NCBI GenBank assembly: GCA_964016885.1
Contig: OZ024743.1
Location: forward strand, 226,052,001 to 226,116,000
Length of the DNA stretch: 64,000 nt
DNA from: Eledone cirrhosa
Lineage: Eukaryota
Direction: 5' to 3'
In this document: piece by piece, positions 1 to 13,703 of the stretch
Layout: every line of letters starts with the position of its first letter
How positions within the stretch are numbered: the stretch's first letter is position 1
The notes under the pieces: generated by a model
What the model was told of the DNA's origin: nothing
The model's input: the letters and a program-made list of their open reading frames with translations, nothing else
The model's database searches: none
Translations under genes and position numbers: made by a program

Positions 1-731
1 AGATGATATACAGTTTGCACGGAGCTATAGTTTCAACATTCTCGTCTCTATTTGGTTCTAATTTCCTTGGCTTCTGAGTAAATAGAATTTAATATTTAAT
101 TATTGATTTTATAATATGAATATATAACGCTATTAAATAGAAATGATTAAAACGTAAAACAGTTTGTTTCATAAAGATATTTTATTTTGAATGAATGTAA
201 AAAAAACCCAACAACGTTGTTTGAACCATTAAAAAAAAAATTTATGTTTCAAACTAATATGAATGGATATGTTTAAAATCATTTCAGTAATTTATTTTAA
301 TGATGTACGGTCAAGCTTAAAAGCCGAAATAACATCCGAGGCTATTTGAATTTCTTATTCAGGTGTTAATACTAAAGGTTTTCCTTTATGATGTCAGAAA
401 ATACTTGAAGGTAAATAAGCAATTCAAGCAGGTCTTGGAAATTGATAGATTTACTGTTGGTTAAAAAAATCTATTTTATATATGGACTTAAATGACAGCA
501 GTGCAACGGATAAAAGAATTAAACATGTTTCTTCACTAAAGCTGATTTATCGATTTCCAACCACAGAAAAAATACTGACTGAAAATAAAACAATATAGCT
601 GATTACACGTAAAACGATTAAATACCACACACCAATAAAATATTAAGGACGGATATCGCCACATAGGAAAAACACAGGAGACTCCATGCCAGTAAGGATA
701 GCATCTCGACCAAAACTACGAGACATACAAC

Positions 732-856
732 GTATGTATGTATGTATGTATGTATGTATGTATGTATGTATGTATGTATGTATGTATGTATGTATGTATG
801 TATGTATGTATGTATGTGTATGTATATGTGTATAGATAAATATATGTATGCATACA

Positions 857-895
<39 letters not shown>

Positions 896-927
896 ATATC
901 TATCTATATGTAAATATATATGTATGC

Positions 928-970
<43 letters not shown>
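732..970. repeat. Compound microsatellite (TATG)n-(ATCT)n-(TA)n
   Basis: Directly visible; explains the ORFs 618-857 and 742-1032. Confidence 0.95.
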
Positions 971-1717
971 AACACACACATACTCACCTATGTGCTTTTA
1001 TGTATTTGTGTTATATATTTCAGAATTTATAAACATCATTTGACACCAGAAGATAGATAACCTAGATTGGGTAAGATGTTGGTAAGGTATGAAGAGGTTA
1101 GACTGAGAGGTTGGCAGAAAGAGAAGAACAAGAGTGAACCGAGACGAATAGAAACATAAATGAAAGAAACGTATAGTATACACAACGGCAAGACGCTAAC
1201 ATCATATTCTATTATGGAATTTTGAATTAATCTATTAGATGACGAAACAATCATCGGGAGATTTGAAGTTGCCAAAACCAAACGTACGAACTAAACCTAA
1301 TTACATACTCTCAAGAACAATATCAACGCTAAGATCCGTGCGTGAGACAACGGTAATAATTCTTTCATTCGAATCATAAGCGTTGAATCCAATTTATAAA
1401 TGTTCTTTCCCATAGGACAGTTGCCAATGTCATTCAATGTACAGCTCTTACTCTGACGAAAGCAGCATGAGTTTACAACGAGTTAATTACAAAGGGCGTT
1501 GCGTTGTGTTTAGCTGCTGTGATTTCAATTTGACTAACTGCTTTGTTTTCAGCTATTAGAGTTCGGTGGTAAGTAAGGGCTAGCTTAAGACTTCGCTGTG
1601 ACTGTAATACTGTCTAAAATATCTTTCTTAATGGGTTGTGATGTGTGTGTGTATGTCTACCTGTCTGAATGTGTGTGTGGTATGAGTGCGTTTGAATGAA
1701 ACAGCTGTGGTTGTGGA

Positions 1718-1791
<74 letters not shown>

Positions 1792-2099
1792 CGTGTGTGT
1801 GTGCGCGCGTGTATTTGCATGTACATATGTAGTAAGCAGTCTAGGTATTGTGAAAATTACACACTAGGTTTATCTACCATATTGTGCTTAGTAGGTTGCC
1901 GTATATTGAAAATATTTGAAAGAAATGTTTTGTCATATTTTAGTCCTCAGCATATACTAATTTTGGATAATAACAATAATAATAATAATGTTTTCTCATT
2001 TAGGCACAAGACCAACAATTTGAGGAGAGGGGAAGTCGATTAAATCGACCCCAGTGCATGGCTGGTACTATATTTACTATGTCATCAGTAAAATCTGTA

Positions 2100-3750
2100 T
2101 CACATAAAACAGTTGGTGGGTTTCGCTTACTTTTCCCTTTTGTCAATGTAAAGCCAGATCTAATTCATTAAGAATGGCTTCCCTCATAGAACGATTACGA
2201 AAAGATAAGGTGCCAATGTGACGGCTAGAAGGACACCGGCTAGGGTTTAAAAACTCGATATCATCATCAGATGAGAAAACTTGAGCTTCCGTGTTTATGT
2301 AGAGTACATTCATAGCAGAAACTATGACGTTAGCTATGCCATATGCAACTAAGATCGACATAATCTGTCCTCTATGAATGGAATCAAAAGCCTTTTTGAA
2401 GTCAATGAAAGTTAATACAGCTTTCACGTTCTTGGATCTGACACCTTCTATTAGCCTCCGCAGTGTCAATATTTGTGAGACAGTCTATCTATTCTGTCTG
2501 AAACTATTTTGATTTATTCTGAGTTTCGGTTCTAGATGTGGTCTTTTTCTTTTTGTAAATTGTAATTTTAGCTGCGACTACTGACAATATAATTCCTCTG
2601 TAATTTTCTGTATATCCCAAGTCACCTTTCTTGTGTAGAGGCACCATAACTCCTTTTCTCCAGAATTTTGAAGGTCTTTTGGCAGATTTCTAGCAGCTCA
2701 GCGTTCATGCATACTTTCCATACACCTGCTCTGTATATTATCCAAGCCTGTAGCTTTGTTGTTTTCTGTCGATTTGATTGCATCTATCAACTCATGCATT
2801 GTATAATCACCAACACCATCAATAGGCCGTAGGTCAAATACCTTGTCAATATTTCCTTCAGCTATCGAAGGATGTTGTCCAAGTTACTTAGTAAAATGCT
2901 CCTTCTACAACTTTACTGTTTCCTCAGGGCTTTCACCTTTTATCTTAACTTCATTTGATTTCTTCCAGTTATTTCGTTGATATCACTCCCAGTAAGCTTA
3001 ACTTTTCAAAATAGTGAGTGTGACGCAGTAATTCTACTCTCTCCCTTATGTAGCTTTCTTGTTCTTTGATATAAGCAACATCCTGATTCCCTTTAGCTTC
3101 AACTATATGCTGTTTGTTTCCATAAGTCTGATGAAGCATTGTGTAGAAAGGGCACTTTTTAATTATTTCCTTTTCCTTACCACTTCTTGGTTTTCCCATT
3201 TGACCTTCTTCAATGCTCTACGTGGTTTCAAAGATATGTGCACTTCTGAAGCCTTTTTTAAGTACTTCAATTATGTTTTCATACATTGTGTTGGCAGAGT
3301 TGTCTTGAGATAGGTCTTGAAGATCATAGTATCTGTCACTAATTTCAACTGTGTAATTTTCCCTGATGTTTTCATGTGTTTAGTGCAGACCAGCGAAATG
3401 GAATTTTATTTGCCTTGTTAGCTTTGGTTCATCTTAATGATAATCTGATCCTTGATGTGATAGGACGATGATCTGAATTTAGTGACAAAGCAGAGTTATA
3501 AGCTTCACAGTTCATTGAACTGTCTTTCCATCTATTGTTTATTACAATATGGTCAAGTTGACATTGGGCACAATTTGAATAATTAAATCTCCACAACTTT
3601 CCTAGTTTGTTCATATACTTAAATTCCAAATCAGTCAGATTACATTCATTTAAAAGATTCAACAATGATGCTCCATTTCTCTTTGATTTGTAATGAAAAC
3701 AAAAGCCTTTAAACTTGTCTGGTCCAATCTTTGTATTAAAATCTCCTGCA
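2100..3750 (-). mobile_element. Decayed non-LTR retrotransposon (APE endonuclease + RT, RTE-like)
   Basis: Minus-strand motifs GDFNTKIG (~3722-3747), QLDHIVIN, SDHRPI (APE end) and TLRRLIEG..FIDFKKAFDSI (RT); many stops and frameshifts. Confidence 0.8.
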
Positions 3751-4195
3751 TGGAGAGTTGCGCATTCTGTTCAAATTAGCAAATGACGGAACAACGATAT
3801 AATTCACCTACCGCATCATACGTAGCGCAGGTCAACAAGAAACGCATCCCATGATAAAAAAAACAGGTCAAGGTCGAAAAATTGGTTACTGAAAAATTGA
3901 TTACATGAAATAGTCATGGCTAGAATGATTTCATTACAGTTTCTGTAGATCAGCACCAGCACTCAGGGGTTTAGGGCGCTTGGTTAACATTGTAATGCGT
4001 GTTCCTTTCCATCAGTTATGCGTCCCATTCGTCCAAATAAAGGAAATTACGGAGAATATTTGTTCCATTGGGCCATCCATACTCACCCACGCCGACCCTG
4101 GATGGAGCTAAACTACAACAACGACAAATACAATATCCACACACACATATCTAGTAACTAAACACAGAAGTTTATCGAGGGAAAAGAAGGTGATG

Positions 4196-4294
<99 letters not shown>

Positions 4295-5953
4295 AGGGTC
4301 GACCATGGTTACCTGGATGCGGTGCTAGCGGCGGCAGGCTTCGGACCCGTTTTCAGGGGCTGGATCACTGCTATGCACAGCAGCCGCATCTGCTCTAGGG
4401 TCAAGGTGAACGGCTACCTCTCGGAGCCGTTCAAAATCGCGCGGTCCATCCGACAACGGTGCCCTCTCTCCTCCCTTCTGTATGTAATGACTCTGGTGCC
4501 ACTACTGCGGAAGTTGGAGTTGTTGCAGGGCATCCCCTTGGAACCGGGATTGCGGAAAGCGGTGTCAGCCTACGCCGATGACGTGACAGTAATGGTGTCG
4601 ACGGCTTCCGAAATCGAGGCGGTCGGCACCTTACTGGAGGAGTACGAAAGGTTCACAGGGGCTAAGCTGAACCGGGACAAGTCGATCGGTTTGCAACTCG
4701 GCACGTGGAGGGGCAGACCGATGCCCTCCGATAGCGTCGTCGGACGCTGGACGGAGGGCCCGGTGAAGTTGCTCGGGGTCTCGTTCGGACCGGACCTCCA
4801 GGTGGAGAAAAACTGGGCGGAGGTTACGAACAGGGTGTTTGCACTGACCCAGAAGTGGGCCAGTTGCAAACTATCCCTGAAAGGTCGGGCGGAAGTGGCG
4901 AACACCTACATAGCGTCCGTCATCTACTACCGCCTGACCGTAGTGCCCTGCCCAAGGGAAACCCTCACCAAGATGGAGCGCGCGCTCTTCCAATTCCTTT
5001 GGAAGAGGCGGGCTCCTATGGTGAGGAGATCCATCTGCTGTCAACACCCTTCGAAAGGAGGGCTGGGGATGCCGTGGCTAATGATGCGTAAACACGCATT
5101 AAGGCTACGGCACCTCTACGTATTCCTCACCGGACAACCGGTGTGGGCCTCGTTTGTGAGACGAACCTTTCCCAGACTCGTCTCACTCACCGAGCTGCAA
5201 TCCTGGGTCAAGCAAAGACCGAGAAAACTGGGCGCCTGGCACACTGAGTGTGCCCAGGCGCTCACCGCCCTCTGGCAGGCGGATCCGGTTATCAGTGGAG
5301 ACTCCACCGCAACATTCTATAGAGGGCTGGTACGCAGCAGGTGCGACGAGGCCCTCGGAGAAGCCCTAGACATGGAGGAGGACGAACTGGCCAGCCTGTT
5401 CGGTAGGACATTCAGCCCAGGACCTATGGACAACTTCCAGAAGTCCCTGGCCTGGCAGTGCTACCGAGGGGCTTTACCCGTTCGAGAAAGGCTCTACAGA
5501 CACGGGCGCCCGGGTAGGGACCCCGCCAAAAAGATCTGTCCCAGATGCGTGTGCGACGAGGAAACCGTTGCACACGCATTGGTACACTGCTCGGGCGTAG
5601 CCGATCTGTGGGGCTATGTCGAACAACTGCTGTCAAGGGTGGGACCGATCCGGTTGACCACCGAGTCTATTGTAATGATCAAGCCGCCTCCCCCCTTCAA
5701 AGATGAAGCAGAGGCGGTGTTTCTGTGCGTAATAGCCATGGCGAAAGAGGTTGTATGGTGGACGCGTCTGAAAGGACTGAGGTCAGGCACCTTTCTCTCT
5801 GGCCAACAACTGGTCCGTTTCTTCCGATATCATTTCGGAAGAAGGATCAGGATGGAGAGAGAGGTGCTGCACCCCAGCCGTTTCTATGAAAGATGGGTGA
5901 AAGTGGCGAGAATGGCCCGTATGAATGGGCCTTCACTCTACATCAGACTATAG
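4295..5953 (+). CDS. Truncated RT ORF2 with C-terminal zinc finger
   Basis: RQRCPLS (QGCPLS-like), AYADD, GGLG, CPRC..ET..HAL..C. The listed start 4190 is microsatellite read-through. Confidence 0.8.
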   Translation, partial: RVDHGYLDAVLAAAGFGPVFRGWITAMHSSRICSRVKVNGYLSEPFKIARSIRQRCPLSSLLYVMTLVPLLRKLELLQGIPLEPGLRKAVSAYADDVTVMVSTASEIEAVGTLLEEYERFTGAKLNRDKSIGLQLGTWRGRPMPSDSVVGRWTEGPVKLLGVSFGPDLQVEKNWAEVTNRVFALTQKWASCKLSLKGRAEVANTYIASVIYYRLTVVPCPRETLTKMERALFQFLWKRRAPMVRRSICCQHPSKGGLGMPWLMMRKHALRLRHLYVFLTGQPVWASFVRRTFPRLVSLTELQSWVKQRPRKLGAWHTECAQALTALWQADPVISGDSTATFYRGLVRSRCDEALGEALDMEEDELASLFGRTFSPGPMDNFQKSLAWQCYRGALPVRERLYRHGRPGRDPAKKICPRCVCDEETVAHALVHCSGVADLWGYVEQLLSRVGPIRLTTESIVMIKPPPPFKDEAEAVFLCVIAMAKEVVWWTRLKGLRSGTFLSGQQLVRFFRYHFGRRIRMEREVLHPSRFYERWVKVARMARMNGPSLYIRL

Positions 5954-6216
5954 GTGAGGAAGATGAAAGACCAAGGGAGCACCCCTTCTCTGTGCTCCTG
6001 AGGAGAAGGGTTGCACACTTTTTTCGGGGGTGTGTGCGACCCCCCAAGGCGCCTCCTCTCTATTGAGGATTTTGTTAAAAATTTTATTTTTTGTTATATC
6101 TTATTTTATTTTTATATTTTGTTATTGCCTCCTCCTTATTGAGGACGCCTTTTTGTGTAAACTCCCCCCTTTGTACTTGTCCCACTTTTGATGCCCTAGT
6201 GGCAAATAAAAGAAAC
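4295..6216 (+). mobile_element. 5'-truncated Tx1/L1-like non-LTR retrotransposon inside an (ATCT)n tract
   Basis: GC-rich ORF to 5953, 3' UTR with AATAAA at 6205-6210; (ATCT)n on both sides. Confidence 0.85.
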
Positions 6217-6350
6217 ATATCTATCTATCTACCTATCTATCTATCTATCTATCTATCTATACTAAATCCATCCGTCCATCATCCATCCATCCATCCATCC
6301 ACCCCACCTCTCTCTCTCTATATATATATATATGTTAGTTATACTATATA

Positions 6351-8231
6351 TGTTAGTTATACTAACGGAGTGCAGCGCGACTTATGTCGGACAGACGGGA
6401 CGTCGCCTGGCGGACCGATTCACTGAGCACCTCCGGGATATTCGTCTCGGTGGTAGTTCCCCCATCGCCCGCCACTTTGGTGGCCCTGGACATTCCGCAC
6501 GCCATCTCACAGTCTGTGGCCTACTCCAATGCCACGGAACACCCGCCAATCGCCTTAGAGTCGAACAAAGAACTATCTTCATCTTACAGACCCACACTCC
6601 CCCCGGCCTGAACTCCCCACCCTTATTCCTTTAGCCTTCGACCGCCCCCCTCCCCCCACACTTATTCCCCACTAACACCACTAACACACCCCTCCTTTTC
6701 ACCGCCCACCCCACAACTAACAATACTAACACCTCCACTCCACCCCTCATCTGACCACCCTTCCCCAACTAACATACTAACATACCTCCCTTCTTCTCCC
6801 CCCTCCTTATCACACGCACACACCCACCGGCACATATATACACGCGCTCACACTAAACACACACCCTACTACCACCACTAACCCTCACCCCCACACCTCC
6901 ATCCCACCACACCGCAACTGACCTCACTAACACCCCCTGACCCCAAGCACACGAACACACGCACCCACTTACACCACCCACCCCACACGCAACTAACATA
7001 ACTAACACCCCCCCCCCCCCACACGTACCCACACACCCTCGTACACCACCAACTCTACACACCCTACCACCACTAACCCCCACTCACACCTGCATTCAAC
7101 CCTTCCCCACCTCCCGTATACTAACACCCACTAACACCCCCTTCATCAAACTACACACACACACCAGTACACCACACTCCCTCCATAGAACTACACACAC
7201 CCTTCTCTCCCCGCTCCACCCACACCCTCGCTCCACACTCACTCATCCCACTAACACCTCTACTAATATACACACACACCCTCCTCACTCCAACTTTCAC
7301 ACCTACCCATCCTCGCCCCTTTACCATTCCACCGACTGCTGCTATGCCCTCTGACCACCTCCCAGCACAAACAGACACACAGCACTCCCACCGCTTGACC
7401 ACTTCCTGTTGCGCGCGCACCCCACATCTCTCCTCTTCCGACCATCTCTTCATGGAATACTCGTATGTGGAACTTGACCACCACAGAATCCACTAAACAT
7501 CATAGGAATTTACCAACATTTCAACCATCGTCTTACGGAATCACCTATATAACTCACCCACACACACACCCAAAACAAATTTTTTTCTCACACACGCCAC
7601 CTACACCCACAACACGCTTAAACCCCACACACACGTGCTTTCCACCACATATTTACACCCTCAGCCTCCTGATTCCTCTCCCCCCACCCCTCTATCCACA
7701 CACGCACAGACACTCCGACCTACAACCCCCCCCCCACACACCTCTTCCTGAACATGCAACCCCGTTCTTCCCACAACCCTTACTTTCACATACACACACA
7801 CACACACACGTACACCTACACAAACACACCACCTTCAGCCCTCCCCGCTCGGACACCCCATCTCCCTCTCCCCACTCCACCCGCCACCACCCCTACACAC
7901 CCCACACCCTTCCACCACCTGTTTTACCCCTTTTTAATTTCAGTTTATTTTGATCATGCTTTTATATTTAATTTTATTTCATTCCTTGTATTTTGATCAT
8001 GCTTTATTTTTATTTTTATTTTTAATTTCATTCACACCGTTTCCTTTCGCTATATGTCTCTCCACCACTCCCCTACACACCCTTTGAACTCTGTTCCCAC
8101 ACACTTCTCACCTGAGGAAGGGCTTATGCCCGAAACGTCGTTCCCCATCACTACCCCACTCTCCAGAGCGTGAAATTAATAAACATTCGTTGTACTGCCT
8201 CTCTGTTTTGTTCCTGTTCAAATTTTTCCAT

Positions 8232-8232
<1 letters not shown>
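6351..8232 (+). mobile_element. 5'-truncated Penelope-like element: GIY-YIG end, C/A-rich 3' UTR, HHR, TA-flanked
   Basis: CSATYVGQTGRRLADRFTEH..RVEQ..PPGLN (to 6634); HHR core at 8112; AATAAA near 8178; (TA)n on both sides. Confidence 0.8.
8107..8142 (+). ncRNA. Minimal hammerhead ribozyme motif
   Basis: CTGAGGA-A-GGGC-TTAT-GCCC-GAAA-CGTC; stem I weak. Confidence 0.7.
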
Positions 8233-8266
<34 letters not shown>

Positions 8267-8310
8267 TATAAAAATATTGATTGAGGCAGGCGAGGCTGTG
8301 TGGTTACTGA

Positions 8311-8496
8311 TAACTGTTTCTACTTTAGGCACAAGGCCAGCAATTACCCAGTGCATTACTGGTACTTTATTTTATCGACCCCGTAAGGATGAAAGGCAAA
8401 GTCAACCTCGGCGGGATTTGAACTCAGATCGTAAAGGGACGTAACTATGCTGGAAAGCATGGTGTCCGACTCTCTACCGATACTGCCAATCCACCG
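8311..8496 (-). mobile_element. tRNA-derived SINE (family A, Meta-domain-like)
   Basis: Minus strand: A box TGGCAGTATCGG, B box GAGTTCAAATCC, central GCCTTTCATCC..GGGGTCGATAAA..GTACCAG, AAT-type tail. Confidence 0.9.
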
Positions 8497-8774
8497 TACT
8501 GATAACAAGTGTTAAAAGGTAAGTCGATACAAACAAGAGATGGACAGTTTCCCTTCCTCAACTGTTTACTACGGATCATTGATGTTTCAGCGCATTATAA
8601 ACACAACATCTGTCCATAGCGGGCCCATAGCCTTTTATCTTTCAAAAGGTAATGAAGGAAAGAAGTGATAGCGAAGAAAGAAAAAAAGGGGAGAAGAAAA
8701 AAAATGGAAAAAACGAAGTGAACATACCGATAGAAGGGGAAACACAGGACAATGGCACATGTAAGTGAGTAACC

Positions 8775-8822
<48 letters not shown>

Positions 8823-9228
8823 GCACACAAACACGTAGATAGATAGATAAATATATAGATAGATAGATAAATAAATAAATATATATATATTTATATATAT
8901 CTATCTATCTATCTATATATCTATCGACCTATCTACGTGTATGTCTATGTGTGTGTGTATGCGTATCTATATAGAGGAACAGACAGGCCGTGTATGATAT
9001 GATGGATGTCTTCTTGTTTTTCAACATTTTATTAATTCTCCATTCGTCTGGCTGTCCGATGTTAATTGGATATGGCGGAATTCACGTGACTCCTCTGTCA
9101 ACCTTTATCCCCGAGTAAACGTATTGGGACAGCTGACGGAATATGCAGCCTCAGATGACATCGTGACTTTAGCCATTCATTAGCTGCAAAGAATGGGTCA
9201 GTGATATATATATATATATGTGTGTGAG

Positions 9229-9303
<75 letters not shown>

Positions 9304-9453
9304 ATGTTTACGTATACGAAAGTATACGAATGTATGTGTGCATAATTACATATATATATATACAATGATATTAAATAAATGGAAACTATATTTATAAAAC
9401 CATATTTAAGGGTACCAAAAAATAAATTTCCAACAAACTAAATATCCCTTCTA

Positions 9454-9513
<60 letters not shown>

Positions 9514-9630
9514 ACGATAAATTAACGGAGCCATAGACTCTCGCTATTCCCTGTCATTAATGTGCTCAAAGGAGAAGGAGTTCAGAGCCCTTTATAATAC
9601 AATATGTTGAAAAGATAACACACTAGAGAG

Positions 9631-10100
9631 AGAGAGATAGTGCGCCATCAATCAGACAGGGAAAAACCACCAATGCATGGGATCTATAGCCCATGGAAGG
9701 CAGAGTAGATACACACTGATTAAAAGTATAAATTAAAGTGTAGATACATACCTCGATAACTATCTAACTATCTGAGATGTATAGCCTTACACACGCTGAT
9801 GAATCATGGGCTAATCATTTCTGTCAACAACTTATTTGGCGAAACAGATCTTTTTGGATTTGTACGTGTGTGTTCGATAGTTATCGAGGTATGTATTTAC
9901 ACTTTAATTTATACTTTTAATTATTGAGTGTCTACTCTGCCTTCTATGGGCTATAGATCCCATACACTGGGGGTTTTTCCCTGTAATTGATGGCCCCCTA
10001 TCTCTCTTATTGGTAACATGACCCTCCCAAAGTATAACAATATCGGTTTCAACACACGATTTCAGATAAAGAATCTTGCTAAACAAATTCAGAAACGAAA
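9631..10100 (+). mobile_element. Non-coding fold-back element with HHR in the loop and the PLE2 3' terminus
   Basis: Inverted arms ~9631-9764 and 9876-10007; 10018-10100 identical to 51966-52048; followed by (TA)n. Confidence 0.8.
9789..9871 (+). ncRNA. Type I hammerhead ribozyme
   Basis: Stem I ACACACG/CGTGTGT, CTGATGA, GAAA, stem III CAGATC/GATTTG, GTA cleavage triplet. Confidence 0.85.
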
Positions 10101-10310
10101 TATATATACATACATACGTACATATATACTTACATACACAAATAGATATATATATATATACACACTCACACACAGAGACACACACACACATATATATAAG
10201 GGGGTGCCCCAGCATGGCCTCAGCCGGATGGCTGGAACAGATAAAAGGATAAATATATATATATATACATACACATTCAAACAACATAAGGCCACCTATA
10301 AACATTCTTA

Positions 10311-10419
10311 GAAATTATAATTCTGCGAAAACTCTATACATATTTCATTGGACCAGTTTCATCATCCGATAATGCTGCAAGACTTAGGCGATTTCGTCAG
10401 GTGTTGATTGCAGAATTAG

Positions 10420-10499
<80 letters not shown>

Positions 10500-10704
10500 G
10501 TAGGTCCCGGGTTGAGTCGGGGATAACCACAGTAAGTAAGGTACTCAATACATGGCAGAGTAAAATTTTTTTATTTCATAGAAGGAGCTTCTACAGGACT
10601 AGTACTGTTTCATTCAGATGAAATCTTCAGGAAGCTTCCTGAAGATTTCATCTGAATGAAACAGTACTAGTCCTGTAGAAGCTCCTTCTATAAAATAAAA
10701 ATAA

Positions 10705-10766
<62 letters not shown>

Positions 10767-10988
10767 CGGGAATGGTTTGCTGTTATAATAACACCGAATT
10801 GGCAGGTCATACCCAATTCAAATCTATCCTGTATTTTCTATTCTCTGTTTGTGTTCGCTGTAGGCCTTTTATTTTATATAACTAATTCTGCTATCAACAC
10901 CTGATGAAATCGCCTATGTCTTGCATCATAATCGGATGATGAAACTGGTCCAATGAAATATGTATAGAGTTTTCGCAGAATTATAATG
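10311..10988. mobile_element. Inverted pair of HHR-bearing segments (10311-10425 / 10875-10988) split by TA tracts and a nested element
   Basis: Reverse-complement arms; CTGATGA..GAAACTGGTC at 10901-10950 (+), mirror copy at 10351-10400 (-). Confidence 0.7.
10499..10705 (-). mobile_element. Short palindromic HHR element in (TA)n
   Basis: Perfect 57-bp arms 10578-10634/10635-10691; CTGAAGA-T-TTCA-TC-TGAA-T-GAAA-C-AGTACTA-GTC on both strands; unpaired tail 10499-10570. Confidence 0.8.
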
Positions 10989-11249
10989 ATGAAACTGGGT
11001 CACTGAAATATGTTTAGTGTTTTCGCGGAATTTTGTAAAAAGTTTCCAGTCCATCCTTCTGTTGTTTTTAATGAATACATAACTTTGTTCCTGCACCAGC
11101 TAGGGGATACTACACCCACGATGGATAATTTGTATAACGCCGAGTGCTTTAATTTATTGCATCGTCGATTAGTAATCGGAATCACCAGTTCTATCATTTG
11201 GTAAACAACATAACATGCAACCTCTTGCTTGTTCGTTTCTTGTTTTCTA

Positions 11250-11312
<63 letters not shown>

Positions 11313-12045
11313 AAAATAGAATTGACTGTGTAGTTGCTAGTTAAGTTAGGCTTAAACATGGAATGATAATAAGAAGAAAGCAAGAACAGGGGTGGTGTTT
11401 TCCTTATTAGTTGTCTACTGGGGGTCTCGGATATTTCAACGCTTTAAAGACAATATATCTACCCCCAGAGCGTTCAATAACTGGGTAAGTTATTGGGAAA
11501 ACGGAGGAGGGAGTGAGGGAAAATAGAAGGGAAAATGGAAAAAGGAAAGAAAGGAGAAAAAAGCGAAAAAAATAATAACCCGGGAATGTGCGAGCAACTT
11601 AAGGTAAGAAAATCCAAGACCACAGCGGTAACAGAACTTAAGTTTGAGAGCGTGTGGGCGAACGAAAATACACGACTGACCCCAGCGAGTGTAAGTGAGA
11701 AAAGGACGGCTTGATGGTCAGGCGAGGGAAACAATGAGGTGGCTAACAGATCAGGGTGCTATTTCATCGAGCAATACTACCTAGTTGTTGCTTTATCAGG
11801 CTAATGCTGAAAGTTATAGTGACAATAACACTTGAAAAACTTTAGTTTGAGAAATAGAAAATCATTAATATAATAGTTGAGCGTGTAACTGTTAAGAATT
11901 CGTATGTAAAGCTGATTTCACATGATAATCAATAATTGTTGTTTTTGTTTAACCAAGGGTCAGTCCAGATTAAGCAGGACTACAATCCAAATCATTCCAA
12001 CGTGGATCATACCATATCTTTTTTTTTATTCAGGCATCATCTATA

Positions 12046-12234
12046 TAATTGTTTCTACTTTTGGCACAAGGCCAGCTATTATTCCAGTGCATTACTGGTA
12101 CTTTATTTGATCAATTCCGTAAGGATGAAAGGCAAAGTTAGCCTTTGAATTTGTACTCATACCGTAAAAGGCCTTAACTCTATGCTGCAAAGTATGGCGT
12201 CCGACCCTCTACCGATACTGCCAATCCTCTGCCT
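12046..12234 (-). mobile_element. SINE family A
   Basis: Similar to 8311-8496. Confidence 0.85.
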
Positions 12235-13109
12235 TCATGTATCTAATGCTATGTTACCCTGATTAGTATTAGATATATTTTTGTTAAAGACAGTTGAGTA
12301 TAATTTAATGTAGATTTTAGCTGCTATTTCTAGAAAGAGGAGCTATGGTAGAAAAGCTCATTTGTTGGTTTGTGGTAGAGCTGTTGTTGTTGCTGTTGTT
12401 ATTCGTCGCGGCAAATTTAGCATGATTAGTGTTGTGATTTGTGGTGGTAGTGATAAGGACATCGGTAGAAGCTTCTGTGAGTGGAGATGATGGTGTTGAG
12501 TGACTTTTGGGAGGGCATAATAATTCCGATAGTAACGGTAAATAGGATAGAGCTGGTAATGTTGCAACTTTTCTTGTCAGCAGGGTGGTATCGGTGGTGG
12601 TAATGGAACTGTGAGCGATAGAGGCTGTGTATGTAGAGTTCTATTTAATGGTTATGAAGCTTGAGTTTAGTATAGCAGTGATAGTTAATGTAGTAGTAGT
12701 AGCAAGCAAAGGAAGCTATTGGTTGTGGCAGGGATGGTTTTATATAATACTGATGCCAATAGCTAAGCCAATCAGCCGGCACAAAGTGATTTCCTGAAGT
12801 TTCTCCATTTATTAGAAACAGGAAACTCGTGTCTTTGATGTTGCATCTACTCTTGGCTGTTCCTTAAGATATACTGCCATCAAATTTAGTTATATACTGT
12901 TACAGTATTATAGTGTTATAGTTTCTTCCTCCGGATTCTATCATAGCTTCAGTTAAGACATCAATAACTATTACACAATATACAGTATCAATTATGCCAT
13001 TAGCAATGATGGTAGTTATAATAACAACAACAATATCAGCAGGAGCAATACCGAGAACAACAAGAATAACAACAACAACAGCAATTAAGACCATTTAATA
13101 GCAGTTACA

Positions 13110-13487
13110 ATAATGGTTTCTGAACTAGGCACACAGCCAACAATATTTGGGGGTGGGGAAAATCGTTCAAAATGACCACAGTGCATTACTGGTGCTTTAT
13201 TTTATCGATCTCGGAAGGATGAAAGGCAAAGCTAACCTCGGCGGGATTTGAACTCAAAACGCAAAGGTGCGTAACTATGACGTGAAGCAGAGTGGCCGAT
13301 GCTCTACCGATAATGCCATTCTCCCGACCTAGTAGCAGTTACAATAATTGTTTCTACTTTTGGCACAAGGTCAGCAATTACCCAGTGCATTAATGGTACT
13401 TTATTTTTCTCAGAATGTAAAGGACCGTAACTCTATGCTGCAAATCATGGTGTTCGACTCTCTACCGATACTGCTAATCCTCTGCCC
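13110..13487 (-). mobile_element. Two adjacent SINE family A copies (second internally deleted)
   Basis: Similar to 8311-8496 at 13110-13330 and 13344-13487. Confidence 0.8.
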
Positions 13488-13703
13488 TAGCAGTTACAAT
13501 AATAATAATATTGACAGTATCTAAGATACCATTTACGACAATAGATATGGTGTTAATAACCACAACAATAGAAATATCAAAAACAATAACAACAAAATTG
13601 ACAACAATCAATATCTCTAATAGTAGTTACAACAACAGCCACAACACTTAAGATATCTATTAGAAAAATTGTTAAATAGATATGATGGTAATTATAGCTA
13701 TAA

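Noticed and set aside
1450-1540. CTGACGA followed by AGCAGC..GCTGCT stem
   Set aside because: No GAAA after the stem; at best a dead HHR
8311-8496. tRNA gene
   Set aside because: A/B boxes belong to a SINE head; no cloverleaf
9145-9190. Minus-strand CTAATGA..hairpin flanked by GCAG/CTGC
   Set aside because: Both core boxes mutated; not supportable
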